Shown here: piece by piece, positions 33,390 through 45,815 of the stretch
Position numbering within the stretch: position 1 is the stretch's first letter
How the letters are laid out: every line of letters begins with the position of its first letter
From: Octopus sinensis
Lineage: Eukaryota
DNA: 64,000 nt
NCBI RefSeq assembly: GCF_006345805.1
Contig: NC_043011.1
Location: forward strand, 620,001 to 684,000
Reading direction: 5' to 3'
Translations under genes and position numbers: made by a program
The notes under the pieces: generated by a model
Databases searched by the model: none
What the model saw: the letters and a program-made list of their open reading frames with translations, nothing else
What the model was told of the DNA's origin: nothing

Positions 33390-33930
33390 TCTTTCGTTCA
33401 CCCTCTTTGGCTTCCTTCCTCTCTATCTCTCTCTCACAGCCGGATCGACGAACTTCCTTTTGCTGACGGCCTCCTTCAAGTAAACATGTTTCTTCTTGCG
33501 CTCTTGAATTTTTCCTCGTCTAGGCTTATAGGCCCTCATTGTTTGTTTTCCTGTCCTGTTTCTATTCCTTCTTGTACTGTATTTTTTTGTAATTGTATTT
33601 TTATTTTGTAATTGTTTTTAATTGTATTGTTTTTACGTCCTGTTTTTGTCACTATTTTTTTCCTTGTTTTTACCCCTCTGCAAAGGAATTTTATTTAATT
33701 CTTTCGCAGGAAGGATTAGTTCGACGAGTCGTGTTCTGTCCTCACCTTCGAAACACGCTGGAGTTGAACTAGGGACAGCTGATGAAGGGGATTTTTCCTT
33801 GTGTAGTTTGTCTTGTACTCTGTTTTTTTTCGTTGTTAAAAAAAGGTCCGTGCCATGCTTGTTTTTACGTTTTCGTTTCTCGTTAAGTTCTACGTCTATT
33901 TGTGGTGTCCTGTACTCACGTATATATATT
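33390..33930 (+). mobile_element. Putative Penelope-type pLTR carrying a permuted hammerhead-like motif
   Basis: (CT)-rich start, T-rich body, ends in (TA)n directly upstream of the Neptune ORF fragment. Confidence 0.5.
33730..33791 (+). ncRNA. Candidate non-circularly permuted hammerhead ribozyme
   Basis: CGUGU-U-CUGUCCU-CACCUUC-GAAA-CACG-(14 nt)-GGGACAG-CUGAUGA-AGGGGA. Confidence 0.55.
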
Positions 33931-34047
33931 TATATATGCATGTATATATACATGTAGATGTAGGTACGTACATATATGTATGTATGTATGTATATATTTT
34001 AGTTATTACACTATATATATATAGTGTCGTTACATATATATATATAT

Positions 34048-35880
34048 GTCGTTACATTGACGACATTATCGGCGCCACCTCACTCTCCCGTGAACATCTA
34101 GATTCCTTCCTCTCTTTCGTCCAATCTTTCCATCCAGCCCTCCACTTCACTTCCACTATCTAAAACACCTCTGTCTCCTTCCTCAACATTTCGGTTAGCA
34201 TTCTTCACTCCACTCTTACCACCTCCATTCACTACAAACACACAGACTCACACTCATACCTCAACTTCTCTTCCTCCCACCCAGAACACACCAAGCTTTC
34301 CATCCCCTATTCCCAATTCCTCCGTCTACGTAGGCTCTGTAGTGACGACCATGACTTTGAGACTCAGTCTCAACGTATGGCTCACCACTTCACCCTACGT
34401 GGATACCCCCTCACCACTATCCACACCGCCCTTGCCAGAGCACGGTCCGTGGACCGTGTATCTGCTCTCCCTCCCCGAACCCGCCCTGTAGTCTCCCGCC
34501 TCCCTTTTCCCCTCACTTACCACCCCACGACCCTACGTCTCCAACGCACCATTCTTCGAGCTTTCCGTCATCTCCAGTCCGACCCGTCCACTTCACACCT
34601 CTTCCCTAACCGACCCCTCCCCTCTTTCAAACGAGCCCACAACCTTCGAGACCTTTTGGTCCATAGCTCCTTCCCTGACCCTACCTCCCAGCCCGGCTCG
34701 TTCCCCTGCTCCCGCCCACGTTGCCGCACTTGCCCTTACCTCTCCAACACCACCCGCCTCACTAGCACCCACCATCGACCCTATCCCATCATCCACTCCT
34801 TCACCTGCACCTCCAGCAATATTATCTATTGCGTCTCTTGCTCTCTCTGCAATTCCTTGTACATCGGACAAACGGGACGCCGCTTGGCTGACCGGTTCGC
34901 GGAACACCTTCGTGACATCCACCTTGCGAACGACACACCGGTCTCACGCCATTTCCGCTCCACCGGTCACTCCTTGCAACACCTATCTGTGTTTGGTTTG
35001 TCCTTACACAGAGGCCATCCGGATTCCCGTTTGCGCCGTGAACAGGAATTAATCTTCTCTCTTCGCTCTTATACGCCATTTGGTCTCAACTCTCCCCCCT
35101 CCTCATCTAACCCCCCTCTCTCCCCCCTCCTCACCTATCCTTCCTCCCCGACCCCTACTTCTTCAGTCCTTCATCCTTTCACCCCTACTCCCCTTCCCTT
35201 CTTCCCTCTTTCTCCCTCCCTCCTTCCCTCTTCCCTCTGCTCCCTCACTCCCCTTCTCTCTCCCCCTCCTCTCCTCTCTCCCCCCTCCTCCCCCCTCCCT
35301 CCCCTCCCCCTCTTCGCCTCACTACACCACACGACTTTACACATCACACCATATATGATGTGCCATACTAATACATACACCAACTAATACATACTAATAC
35401 GTACTAATACATACTAATACATACTAATACATACACCAACCCTATACATACACACGTCCAGACCCCTCATACGCACTTATACTCTCTCATACACACACAC
35501 ACACACTTATACATACTAATACGTACTAATACATACACCAAACCCATACATACGCCTGTCCAGACCTATCCTAGGGTCATTCAACCCTATTATCAACCCT
35601 ATTATCTCCCCTTATTTCGCTCTCGCGTCTCATGTTTGATCTTTGACCTCTGGCCGAAATCAGATCGCCATGTTGATTCGTTAGTTACTGCACGCATTTT
35701 TTTTCTCTCCTTCTTTCTGTGTTTTTTTTCTCTCTGTGTATCTTTCTGTTGAAGAGCGTAGGCTCGAAACGTTAAAGACTTGTTTTATTTATATTTCCTG
35801 AGCGCCATACTAATACAATTGTTTGTTTGTTTTCCACCTGCCTTCGTCTTTTGTCTATTTTCATAAAGCTTCCCGTTATA
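34048..35880 (+). mobile_element. 5'-truncated Penelope-like element, Neptune type (RT C-terminus + GIY-YIG + pLTR)
   Basis: RYIDDI RT motif, HPEHTKLSIPYSQFLRLRRLCS thumb, PCSRPRCRTC linker, IYCVSCSLCNSLYIGQTGRRLADRFAEH...REQELIFSLRSYTPFGLN. One stop near 34160. Flanked by (TA)n. Confidence 0.9.
35741..35778 (+). ncRNA. Minimal type I hammerhead-like motif (variant core CUGUUGA+A)
   Basis: UCUUU-CUGUUGA-A-GAGC(GUAG)GCUC-GAAA-CGU-U-AAAGA. Confidence 0.7.
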
Positions 35881-35888
35881 TATATATA

Positions 35889-35942
<54 letters not shown>

Positions 35943-35944
35943 CG

Positions 35945-36173
35945 ATGATAGATCGTTAGCCACTACACACATTTTTTCTCTCCTTCTTTCTCTCCTTGTT
36001 TTTCTCTCCTTTTTTCTCTCCTTGTTTCTCTCCTTGTTTTTTCTGTGTCCCTTTCTGTAGAAGAGCGTAGGCTCGAAACGTAACAGACTTTTTCTATTCC
36101 TGAGCGTTATACTAATACATCTGTTTGTTTTGTACACCTCCTGTCTCAGTCTTTTGTTTTTTTCCTAAACTCT

Positions 36174-36175
<2 letters not shown>
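35945..36175 (+). mobile_element. Second, diverged Neptune-type pLTR with hammerhead-like motif (36050-36087)
   Basis: CUGUAGA-A-GAGC(GUAG)GCUC-GAAACGUA; CCTGAGCG..ATACTAATACA shared with the first pLTR; (TA)n on both sides. Confidence 0.75.
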
Positions 36176-36220
<45 letters not shown>

Positions 36221-36222
<2 letters not shown>

Positions 36223-36615
36223 TGCAGGCATGGCTTGCTTCTCAAACACGTGGTTCCAGGTTCAGTCTCACTGTGTAGCACCTTCAGCAAGTTTCTTCTA
36301 CTATAGCCTTGGGTTGACCAAAGCCTTGTGAATGGATCTGGTAGACAGAAACTGAAAAAAGCCCATCATATATATGCATATGTACATGTATATATTTGTG
36401 TATGTGTGTGTGTTTGCCCCCCCATCATCACTTGACAACCGATGCTGGTGCGTTTATATCCCTGTAACTTAGCAGTTTGCCAAAAGAGACTGATAGAAGA
36501 AGTACTAGGCTTACAAAGAATAAAGTCTGGGGGTGATTTCTTCGACTAATACTCTTTAAGGTGGTACTCCAGCATGGCTGCAGTCAAATGACTAAAAAAA
36601 AGCAAAGGAATAAAA
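36221..36615 (+). mobile_element. SINE family A (CpG-decayed)
   Basis: Head, internal microsatellite and 3' half all recognisable. Confidence 0.85.
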
Positions 36616-36666
<51 letters not shown>

Positions 36667-36668
36667 CA

Positions 36669-37259
36669 CTAGCAGCTAAGCCCAGTTTCACCCAGTCAGT
36701 TTGGATGCTGTGGCTGTAAAACCTGCTCTGTGTAAGCATTCGACTTGTTTGGGCATGCTTACGTTAAAAAATAATTTTCAAATGACATTTTTCTGTCAAA
36801 ATTCTAAAAATAACTAACCCCCCCCCAAAAAAAAAACAACCAAGATTCAACCAAATCAAAAAATAAACCTAAATACTAAGTGAACAAAGATGAATCATCC
36901 CACTTTCATTGCACACACATGTGCACACACATGTGCACACACACAAGCACATATCCCTTTTTACATACACACACATATATTCGCACAGAGTTGAAACGCT
37001 GTTTGATTTATTTTTTTCAGTATACAATTTTCATTATCCCACTACCAAGTATGACATCACTCCTTCCTTTCTCATTCATAAACACAAGAGTATTATTATA
37101 GTAGATAATCTCAGTAACCATGGGATCTATGGAAAAAATACAATGCCACTGGATCACCACTGGATCATTCCACACATCTGTGTAATTTTTCTCGCAATTC
37201 CACCCAGCCATTTGACCGTGACAAGAAAGAATCGCCCATGTCAAATTTATATGTATAGA
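36669..37259 (-). mobile_element. Non-autonomous Helitron-like element
   Basis: Minus strand A|TCTATACATATAAA ... GGGTGAAACTGGGCTTAGCTG-CTAG|T; no TSD; inserted between A and T. Confidence 0.72.
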
Positions 37260-38759
37260 TATATATATATCAGTTTCCTATCTCTTCTGGAACAGGCAAT
37301 GTGTATTTTTATGCTTAAAATTTGTCTCTTGCTATATTGAGGCATTCTTGTGATATGTGGCTGTGGAACAGTGCATAGTTAGTATTTCAAAAACTTTATT
37401 CTGGGACCAGTTTTATATGACTAAGTTGTACATCCATACAGCATGTAACACAATACATTTTGTGCATATAAACATTTTTATATAATACTCTAGCCTATTA
37501 TTCCCATCTTTTATTGTGTTTAGAATGGTTATACCTATACTATGTTGTGATCAGTTTCATTTCTGATCTTTGTTCGGGTTCATAGACACAGAATGAGATG
37601 TACATCCCTAATAACATTCTATTGCATACAGAAAAGTTCTGCTTTCATGAAAAATAAAATAATCCCTGAATTCTTTCCACACAGTATGTAACATAATTCA
37701 TTTTGTTTCAGTAAGTTCACTTTGCCTTGCTGAACGATATCTATTAGGTGCTTGTGACAAAACGAGAGAATATTGTGTTTTATTTAGTATAGGTAGGTGA
37801 AAATTATGATAGTCATTCAAAGTGTAGGTTGAGACTGATAATATCTCTCAGTTTCAAAATGAAAGACTTGTAGAGTAATTAGTAGACGTTATGTGAAGAA
37901 ATGAGAAGCAAGTGAGCCCAAATATCCAGTTCTCAGTGACACAGCAGTACTAATTGTAACTTTAATCTGAAACAATATTTATCTCAAAAGACTGTTTTTA
38001 CATGTGGAAAAAATTGTATCATATATTGGTAGGTCAAGTTCATCATTTGATGGACAAAACTTTAAATAGTTTGTTTAATCTCTCACTCATCAACTAGAAG
38101 TGATGTATATCTATACTTTCAAAAGCTCCAATAAAACTTAAGTTTTGTAAGGTGATTTTCTTAAGGTTATTTTACAGGTGTCTCACAGAGCTTAAACATA
38201 CAAACTTCCAATCAGTTTCATTGTACAAATTTTGTATACTGTATCATACTCATGAAGAAATTATCAGTTAGACTCTAAGATTTTCATCTTTACCGAAATT
38301 ATCTTACTAGCTATTTAAATCCATTATCTGGTCCATTAAATTATTAAGCAATGAAAACTAATCTTTACATTTGATTTGTTGATATGATTCTATCTCTGAG
38401 GCATAAATAGGTCAGGAATTCTTTACATTTGAAATTAACATCATAAGCTAATCTTAGTTAAAAATTCTGTGTTAATCTTACTTGCAACACAAAAATTATG
38501 TATGGCCTGTAATGCATGACTATGATACTATAATAGCATTGCTGGCTTGCCAACAATGCTATTATATAACTATGATGCTGATACATCAGTCACTGGGGAT
38601 TATGCCTTCCTGAATAACCTGATTAACTATATGGGCAACTAGACCATATCCAACTCTACCAGATATCTTAAGTATCTCAGCAGTGACCCCTGATGTTACC
38701 ACGGGCCTTCCCTGTCTCCATATTGCCTTATTTATCATGCTGCCAACAACTTGATTAAC

Positions 38760-38994
38760 TAGTTAAGTTAAGTTAAGTTAATTTTTTTGGCTCAAAAAGC
38801 AAAGCAAGGCCATGTAGGGGGACAGGGAGTTATGTACAGGGAGGGTGTTCATGCAAAGAGTTCAGGCCATTTCTGGTCAAGAGAGTCTTTGAACCGAGCG
38901 GTCATTGGCATCTTCACTATCTTGTCCGGCAGCTTATTCCACGGATCCGCAACCCGGACGGAGAAAGCCCCTCTCCTTCGATTGAGATGAAATC
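38760..38994 (-). pseudogene. CR1 LINE 3' end with (TTAAC)n tail
   Basis: FHLNRRRGAFSVRVADPWNKLPDKIV...FKDSLDQKW. Confidence 0.85.
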
Positions 38995-38999
38995 ATGGG

Positions 39000-39240
39000 G
39001 GAGACTACCTTTGTTTCATTTATTCTCCACATTGAATAGCCTTTCATAGTAGCTTTTCCACACTTCTTTCTTTTCAGGGTCATTAAGAACAAGCATACCA
39101 TTATCCATCCATACACACTTCTCTCTAACACACTCTCTGGTAATCTGGAACATCTCAAGTTTCTGATCTTTATGCTGTAAGACATAGACAAACCTCTTCC
39201 TTTTTGCATCTGCCCTAGCTAGATAAAGCTGACACATGTG
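39000..39240 (-). pseudogene. RTE LINE internal fragment
   Basis: VREKCVWMDNG...KKEVWKSYYERLFNVEN, homologous to 50229-50414. Confidence 0.65.
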
Positions 39241-39462
39241 TACACATAAGTGCATACATGGATAATGCATTACACATAGAAACATGCATGTGGGACCCAC
39301 AGGTTACTTATATGCATTACATGTACCCATATAGCTATGCACTCATAAAACAGTTCACAGAGTGTAATATTGTCAAGTGCAGTATCTATATATATAAATA
39401 CACACATACACACATCATACATACACATGCATACATATAATTATGTGTGTAAATAAATACCC

Positions 39463-39788
39463 ATAGAGTGGTTGTATACTGTCAACTTAACGTGACAGTA
39501 GGTGATTACACCACCGCTGTTTAGCCCTAGGAAGCATTGATGCTTCCTGTCGGCTTCGACACATTTCCTGTGTCCGTATAACTTAACATGACAGTAGGGG
39601 ATTACACCACCGCTGTTTAGCCCTAGGAAGCATCGACGCTTCTTGTCGGCTTCGACACATTTCCTGTGTCCTTATATATTTACGACACATTTCGAAGTCG
39701 ACAGGAAGCGTCGATGCTTCCTAGGGCTAAACAGCGGTGGTGTAATCCCCTACTGTCACGTTAAGTTGACAGTATACAACCACTCTAT
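39463..39788. mobile_element. Unclassified foldback MITE with an internal 96-bp tandem duplication
   Basis: ATAGAGTGGTTGTATACTGTCAACTTAACGTGACAGTAG... and its reverse complement at the right end; repeat units start at 39484 and 39580; no clear TSD. Confidence 0.8.
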
Positions 39789-40186
39789 CGCCCCACCACC
39801 GTACATATCTCTATGAGATATTTAGAAATTTAATATTTCTAAATACCCATAGTTCTCCCATAAACATGCCCATATGTGAGCAGAATAAACAAACATATAT
39901 GAGCATCATTACATGTGTTTGTTCTTGAACATCCATCACAAAGCTGGCAGTGTTGAAACAAGATTCAATTCAGATTGCATAAATAGATGCTCCTCCGTGA
40001 AGATTTCGAGGAGAGAATTGAAAATTTTTGATTTTCCAACTGAAATTGAAAGTAGATAGAGAAAGAGAAAATGACTGCAATATCAAAGGGGAGAAAGGGG
40101 GGAATTGAAAATTTCTGATAGAAATTGGAAGTTAAACCTGTAAGAGAGATTGATAGACAGATTGGGATATGTCCATAATATCACAT

Positions 40187-40208
40187 AGAGAGAGAGAGAG
40201 GGGGAAAA

Positions 40209-40239
<31 letters not shown>

Positions 40240-40353
40240 TGAGAGAGAGAGAAAGAGAGAGAGAGAAAGAGAGAGAAAAAGAGAGAGAAAAAGAGAGAGA
40301 GAGAGGGAGAGAGAGGGAGAAAGAGAGGGAGAGAGAGAAAGAGAGAGAGAGAA

Positions 40354-40392
<39 letters not shown>
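40187..40392. repeat. (GA)n/(GAAA) polypurine tract
   Basis: Direct inspection. Confidence 0.97.
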
Positions 40393-41082
40393 AATGACTT
40401 TTATTTTGCTGGTGGATTGTAGTGTCACCATTGTAAAGAACAAAGACAAAAACCAACTATCAGTTGTATTAAAATCTAAATAAAAACTGCAGCCACGAAT
40501 GTAAATTCGAATTCAATAACACGTTGTTCTGTAACCTAAAATCATACTTAATCAAAACTGACAAAGCAAGACCTATCCACCCACACAGTAAAATCTTAGG
40601 GAGAAAAGACAAACTTGAGAACCTTCTCAGCATCATACACAGGAAATATTTATTTTTTCTTCTTGCATTGTGACAATTTGCATCCAATCATCTATCTGTC
40701 GTTTATAGATCCACTGAAGACATGAAACAGCAGGGAGGTGTTCTCTTTAAGTGTATGAAATTGGTGAATCTTATATTGAAAGTGAAGATGTGAAATTTTA
40801 TATAGACTTATTTATTGTTGGTGAGAATCATTTGCAATCAGGCTGTCTTAACGGATGCTTTAGTTTGAAGATAAAAAATATATATTTTATTGACGTCATG
40901 ACTGTTGACTAAAACACAGGAATAGTTATTGTATATTAAATGCAATGAGTGAACAATGTACTTGACTTTCTTGCAAATACAAAGTTCAGTAGTTACAGGA
41001 TTTTCTAACATATACTCAAGTATATGTATTTTGTGGAGAGATTTATTTGATTAAATCGACTTCAAGGAGTTCACTAATACCT

Positions 41083-41310
41083 AAGTGAGCTGGCAGAAAT
41101 GTTAGCACGCCGGGCGAAATGCGTAGCCGTATTTTGTCTGCCGTTATGTTCTGAGTTCAAATTCCGCCGAGGTCGACTTTCCCTTTCATCCTTTCGGGGT
41201 CGATAAATTAAGTACCAGTTACGCACTGGGGTCGATATAATCGACTTAACCCGTTTGTCTGTCCTTGTTTGTACTCTCTGTGTTTAGCCCCTTGTGGGTA
41301 GTAAAGAAAC
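41083..41310 (+). mobile_element. SINE family B (tail type 2)
   Basis: Same subfamily as 26012-26243 (tail TGTCTGTCCTTGTTTG...GCCCCTTGTGGGTA.TAAAGAAA). Confidence 0.88.
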
Positions 41311-42276
41311 CAATTTTATTGACCTAAGCGAGATGAAAACTAAAGTCAGTCTTATTCAGAATTTGACATCAAAAAGTGGAATAACCATGTTGATTGCTCA
41401 TATAACTGGGTCTAGACTAGGCCTGTTATGAAGGAGCTTCAGAGTTAGAAAAATAAGTTACTAGTTTCTAGTTGAGAATTTGAAGAAAGAAAATAGGTTG
41501 AGATGGGAACCCACTAGGGGGATAATAAAGAAATCTGAGGGGATTTCCTTATAACAACTGCCATCAAGGCATACTACATGGAGTTAAGCCATGAGGAACA
41601 TTGAGAGTAAATGTAACAAAATATGTTATTTAATAATATGTTAACAAAATACTTTAATATAACAAAATATGTTAATTTTTGCATGCACAAATATGTGTGT
41701 GCACATGCACATGCAAATATGCATACATGTTGTATGTGACATATGTGAGTCATTATGTGTGTATGTGTGTATGTCTGATCAGGTCAGTGGGTGCATGTAC
41801 CATTGCAGTATGTCACTATTTGCTATTTGCTTGGGTCATCTCAGACAACCCATTGAGCAGTGTCTCAATCAGTCTGCATCTCTCCAAGATAGTTCCTCAT
41901 CTGCTGTGACCATGTGGCATGTGTCCAACTAACACAAACCATCACCCTAGCTTGATTCTCAGAGAAGAACATGGTACGCAGGACCCAGGTAACTTGGAAA
42001 GTCAAGCAATATGACCAAGTAGTCAGAGCTGATGCTCCCAAATCATACAAGCAGCATGATGCATACTAGTTTCTTTAGTATAATCCGTGGTCAGATGCAA
42101 AATCCAGCCAACAGCTATCTATAATCCTGCAAAGTATCCTGATACCAAAAGAGTTTGGACAGCTGTTAAGAGCCCTGGATAACAATGTTCAAGTCTTGCA
42201 GCTATAGTGTGTGTGTGTAACTTTTATACACACACATGTTGGTGGTGGATGCCAGTCATTTGATGATAAAAATTAA

Positions 42277-42540
42277 GTCTGCGGGGTCATTCTGAAAAGC
42301 TCTATATGCGACGATTTCATCTCAATCGAAGGAGAGGGGATTTCTCCGTCCAGGTTGCGGATCCATGGAACAAGCTGCCAGACGAGATGGTGAAGATGCC
42401 GACGACCGCTTTGTTCAAAGTCTCCCTTGACCACAAGTGGCCTGAACTCTTTACATGAACACCACCCTGTACATAACTCCATGTCTGCCTACATGGCCTT
42501 GCTTTTTGAGCCAAAAAATTAACTAACTAACTAACTAAGT
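42277..42540 (+). pseudogene. CR1 LINE 3' end with (AACT)n tail
   Basis: RGHSEKLYMRRFHLNRRRG...WNKLPDEMV...LDHKW; same family as 38760-38994. Confidence 0.85.
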
Positions 42541-42631
42541 CGTTCAATTATCCTAATTACTTGTTCCTGAATTAATGTGTCAGTGACTGAACATTCATCA
42601 GACACGTGTACCCATGATTTTCTGACAGAAT

Positions 42632-43035
42632 CAGCAGGAGTGGCTGTGTGGTAAGTAGCTTGCTAACAGACCACATGGTTCTGGGTTCAGTCCCACTGCA
42701 TGGCATCTTGGGCAAGTGTCTTCTGCTATAGCCCCGGGCCGACCAATGCCTTGTGAGTGGATTTGGAAGACGGAAACTGAAAGAAGCCTGTCGTATATAT
42801 GTATATATATATATATATGTGTGTGTCTGTGTTTGTCCCCCTAGCATTGCTTGACAACCGATGCTGGTGTGTTTACGTTCCTGTCACTTAGTGGTTCAGC
42901 AAAAGAGACCGATAGAATAAGTACTGGGCTTACAAAGAATAAGTCCCGGGGTCGATTTGTTCGACTAAAAGGCGGTGCTCCAGCATGGCCGCAGTCAAAT
43001 GACTGAAACAAGTAAAAGAGTAAAAGAGTAAAAGA
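42632..43035 (+). mobile_element. SINE family A, full-length
   Basis: GCAGGAGTGGCTGTGTGGTAAG head through the (GTAAAAGA)n tail. Confidence 0.9.
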
Positions 43036-43493
43036 GAGAGTATGATACAATGTGTGATAAGATTGTACCTCATGAATTACAGGTACATTTCCCTTGATGT
43101 TTTCTGTAAAGTTTCTGTTTACAAGGTATGGATTGTCTCACGAGGTTTGAGTTGACCCGAGGCTAATGAATATAGCATTTACATTGAAGCCAGAACCACA
43201 TGATTACATAGAAAACTTCTCAGTCATTCAGGTTGACATACATACACACATATGCACATGTATATATATGTGTGTGAAAGAAAGAAACGGAGAAGCTTAT
43301 ATTATCTAAAGTGAGAATATTTTCCATACCAAATAGCAGTGAAAATTGTTTTTTTTACAAGTCAAATATGCCCCATACATATTTGAACTGATCTAAATGT
43401 TTGGTTAATTCACAACACTGCTTCATGTGCCTACAACATATACATATATACATATTTATATATGCATGCATACATACATACATACATACATAT

Positions 43494-43786
43494 GGCCGAT
43501 GCCAGCACCGCCCCGACTGGCTTCCGTGCCGGTGGCACATAAAATACACCAATCCGACCGTGGCCGTTGCCAGCCTCGCCTGGCACCTGTGCAGGTGGCA
43601 CGTAAAAAGCACCCACTACACTCACGGAGTGGTTGGCGTTAGGAAGGGCATCCAGCTGTAGAAACATTGCCAGATAAGACTGGAGCCTGGTGCAGCCTTC
43701 TGGCTTCCCAGATCCCCGGTCGAACCGTCCAACCCATGCTAGCATGGAGAACGGACGTTAAACGATGATGATGATGATGATGATAC
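43494..43786 (+). mobile_element. RTE LINE 3' UTR with (GAT)n tail
   Basis: CCCATGCTAGCATGGAGAACGGACGTTAAACGATGATGAT; matches the 3' end of the RTE at 48 kb. Confidence 0.8.
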
Positions 43787-44401
43787 ATACATACATACAT
43801 ACATACATACATACATGGTGGTGGCTGCCCCCTCGTTATCGAGTAAGGCCATTGCACAATGTTGTTACCGTGCAATGCCTGTGCAAGAAGATTCTTTTTA
43901 AAGTGAGGAAAGGCTGTGCACTGAGTCAATCCCATTCACTAAGCAACAGCAGCCATAATCTGAAAAGAAGAACAAGTCAACATCATCAGTAACCACTGAG
44001 CAGCAGGTTTTATGTCGGAATTATCCCAGTTACCTGAGTTACCTTCTCCTAGAAGGATGCCCTAACAAAGGCTATAGGAGTCCTTCACTCCCAATGGTTT
44101 AACCGCACGATATTCAGTCCGATTATTTCTATGTCCCCGCGCATGATACAGCCTTAAGACATTTATTGGATGGCCGTTGACTCTCAAGAGTTCCTCCGCC
44201 TTTTGACGGGTTTTGTTTTTCATCCTGCAGGAGTGTCCTATAAACACCCTCCTCACCAAGCAAGCTTGGTAGGGTTGCTGGATTAGTCGCCGACAACCCA
44301 ACCATGCAACAGGTTGTACTGGGTTACATGTTGCCAGTAGCACTCGAAAGTGACCTGACATGACATACATACATACATACATACATACATACATACATAC
44401 A

Positions 44402-44435
<34 letters not shown>

Positions 44436-44453
44436 CATACATACATATGAGTA

Positions 44454-44640
44454 CGAGAGAGTGCTGAAAAGTTCCTGGTTTTGAGTAAAAGAAAATACAG
44501 GAGAATCATATAATTATGATTTTATTCAACATATTCCCCTCTCAGATTCACACACTTATTGCAGCAGTCCTTCAGCCTTGTAAAAAAACTCGGAAAGTTG
44601 GGCCACCAGCCAAGCCTTTCATGATACCCTCAAAGCTTTC
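44454..44640 (-). mobile_element. mariner-derived element, one end
   Basis: TA-CGAGAGAGTGCTGAAAAGTTCCTGG TIR; minus strand KDCCNKCVNLRGEYVE* is a mariner C-terminus. Confidence 0.7.
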
Positions 44641-44721
44641 CAGCATCCCCTTGGATATACATTTTCTACTGTGAAAGCATAAGTTTAACCCTAAAATGAA
44701 AATTTAAATGAACCCTAATAG

Positions 44722-44885
44722 GCATAGGAGTGGCTGTGTGGTAAGTAGCTTGTTTACCAACCACATGGTTCTGGGTTCAGTCCCACTGCATGGCACCTTG
44801 GGCAAGTGTCTTCTACTATAGCCTTGGGCCAACCAAAGCCTTGTGAGTGGATTTGGTAGACGGAAACTGAAAGAAGCCCGTCGTA

Positions 44886-44932
<47 letters not shown>

Positions 44933-45150
44933 ATATGTTTGTGTGTCTGCGTTTGTCCCCCCAACATCGCTTGACAACCGATGCTGGTGTGTTTACATCC
45001 CCATAACTTAGCGATTCGGCAAAAGAGACCGATAGAATAAGTACTAGTCTTACAAAGAATAAGTCCTGGGGTCGATTTCCTCAACTAAAGGCGGTGCTCC
45101 AGCATGGCCACAGTCACATGACTGAAACAAGTAAAAAGTAAGTAAAGTAT
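44722..45150 (+). mobile_element. SINE family A, full-length
   Basis: Same diagnostic head, internal (TA)n and tail. Confidence 0.9.
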
Positions 45151-45399
45151 ATATATTTTTAACTCTTGGGATATGTGCCTATTCTCCACCCACTTAGTTA
45201 TGCTCCCACTTGCAAATAATATAAAATGTAATTTCGGAAAGAAAAGCAACTCCACATTCATATTGTTGCCAGCTACAACAGTTCAAACAGAGAAAAACAT
45301 ACTGAAGAGTTAGTGAGCAGAGAGGGCCATAATTAAGAATGTATTTGATTAGAGTGTGGTTTAAAGGAGATTTGGTTACATGGCCAAATAACTTTCTTG

Positions 45400-45731
45400 T
45401 TTTGGATCTAACACCTGTGGGCATAATTACAAAGTCAGAAAACAGCACAGCTCCCATGACTTTAGGAAACGTTTTTTCACGCTGAGAGTTGCTGAAGCAT
45501 GGAACAAACTGCCGGCATCAGTTGTTAGTTGTCAGAGCACTGCATCCTTCAAAACTTCCATGCTTTCTGAGATTCGCCAACACTACACCTGATTTTCTTC
45601 CCTCCATACACACACAAGCATGTATCTGACTCATGCATTGTTCGCTTTCCAGACATTTGTACATTACTGCATACACCTTACACGCACTTTCTGACAAGTT
45701 GTGGTGCACCTGAGCACTGTATACAATAATT

Positions 45732-45768
<37 letters not shown>

Positions 45769-45815
45769 CATTATTATTATTATTATTATTATCATTATTA
45801 TTATTATTATTATTA
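45400..45815 (+). pseudogene. CR1 LINE 3' end with (ATT)n tail
   Basis: TCGHNYKVRKQHSSHDFRKRFFTLRVAEAWNKLPASVV. Confidence 0.82.

Noticed and set aside
38760-42540. Two CR1 3' ends apparently truncated at the same base (possible CR1-derived SINE)
   Set aside because: The 42.3-kb copy extends about 35 bp further 5' (RGHSEKLYMRR), so the truncation points differ.
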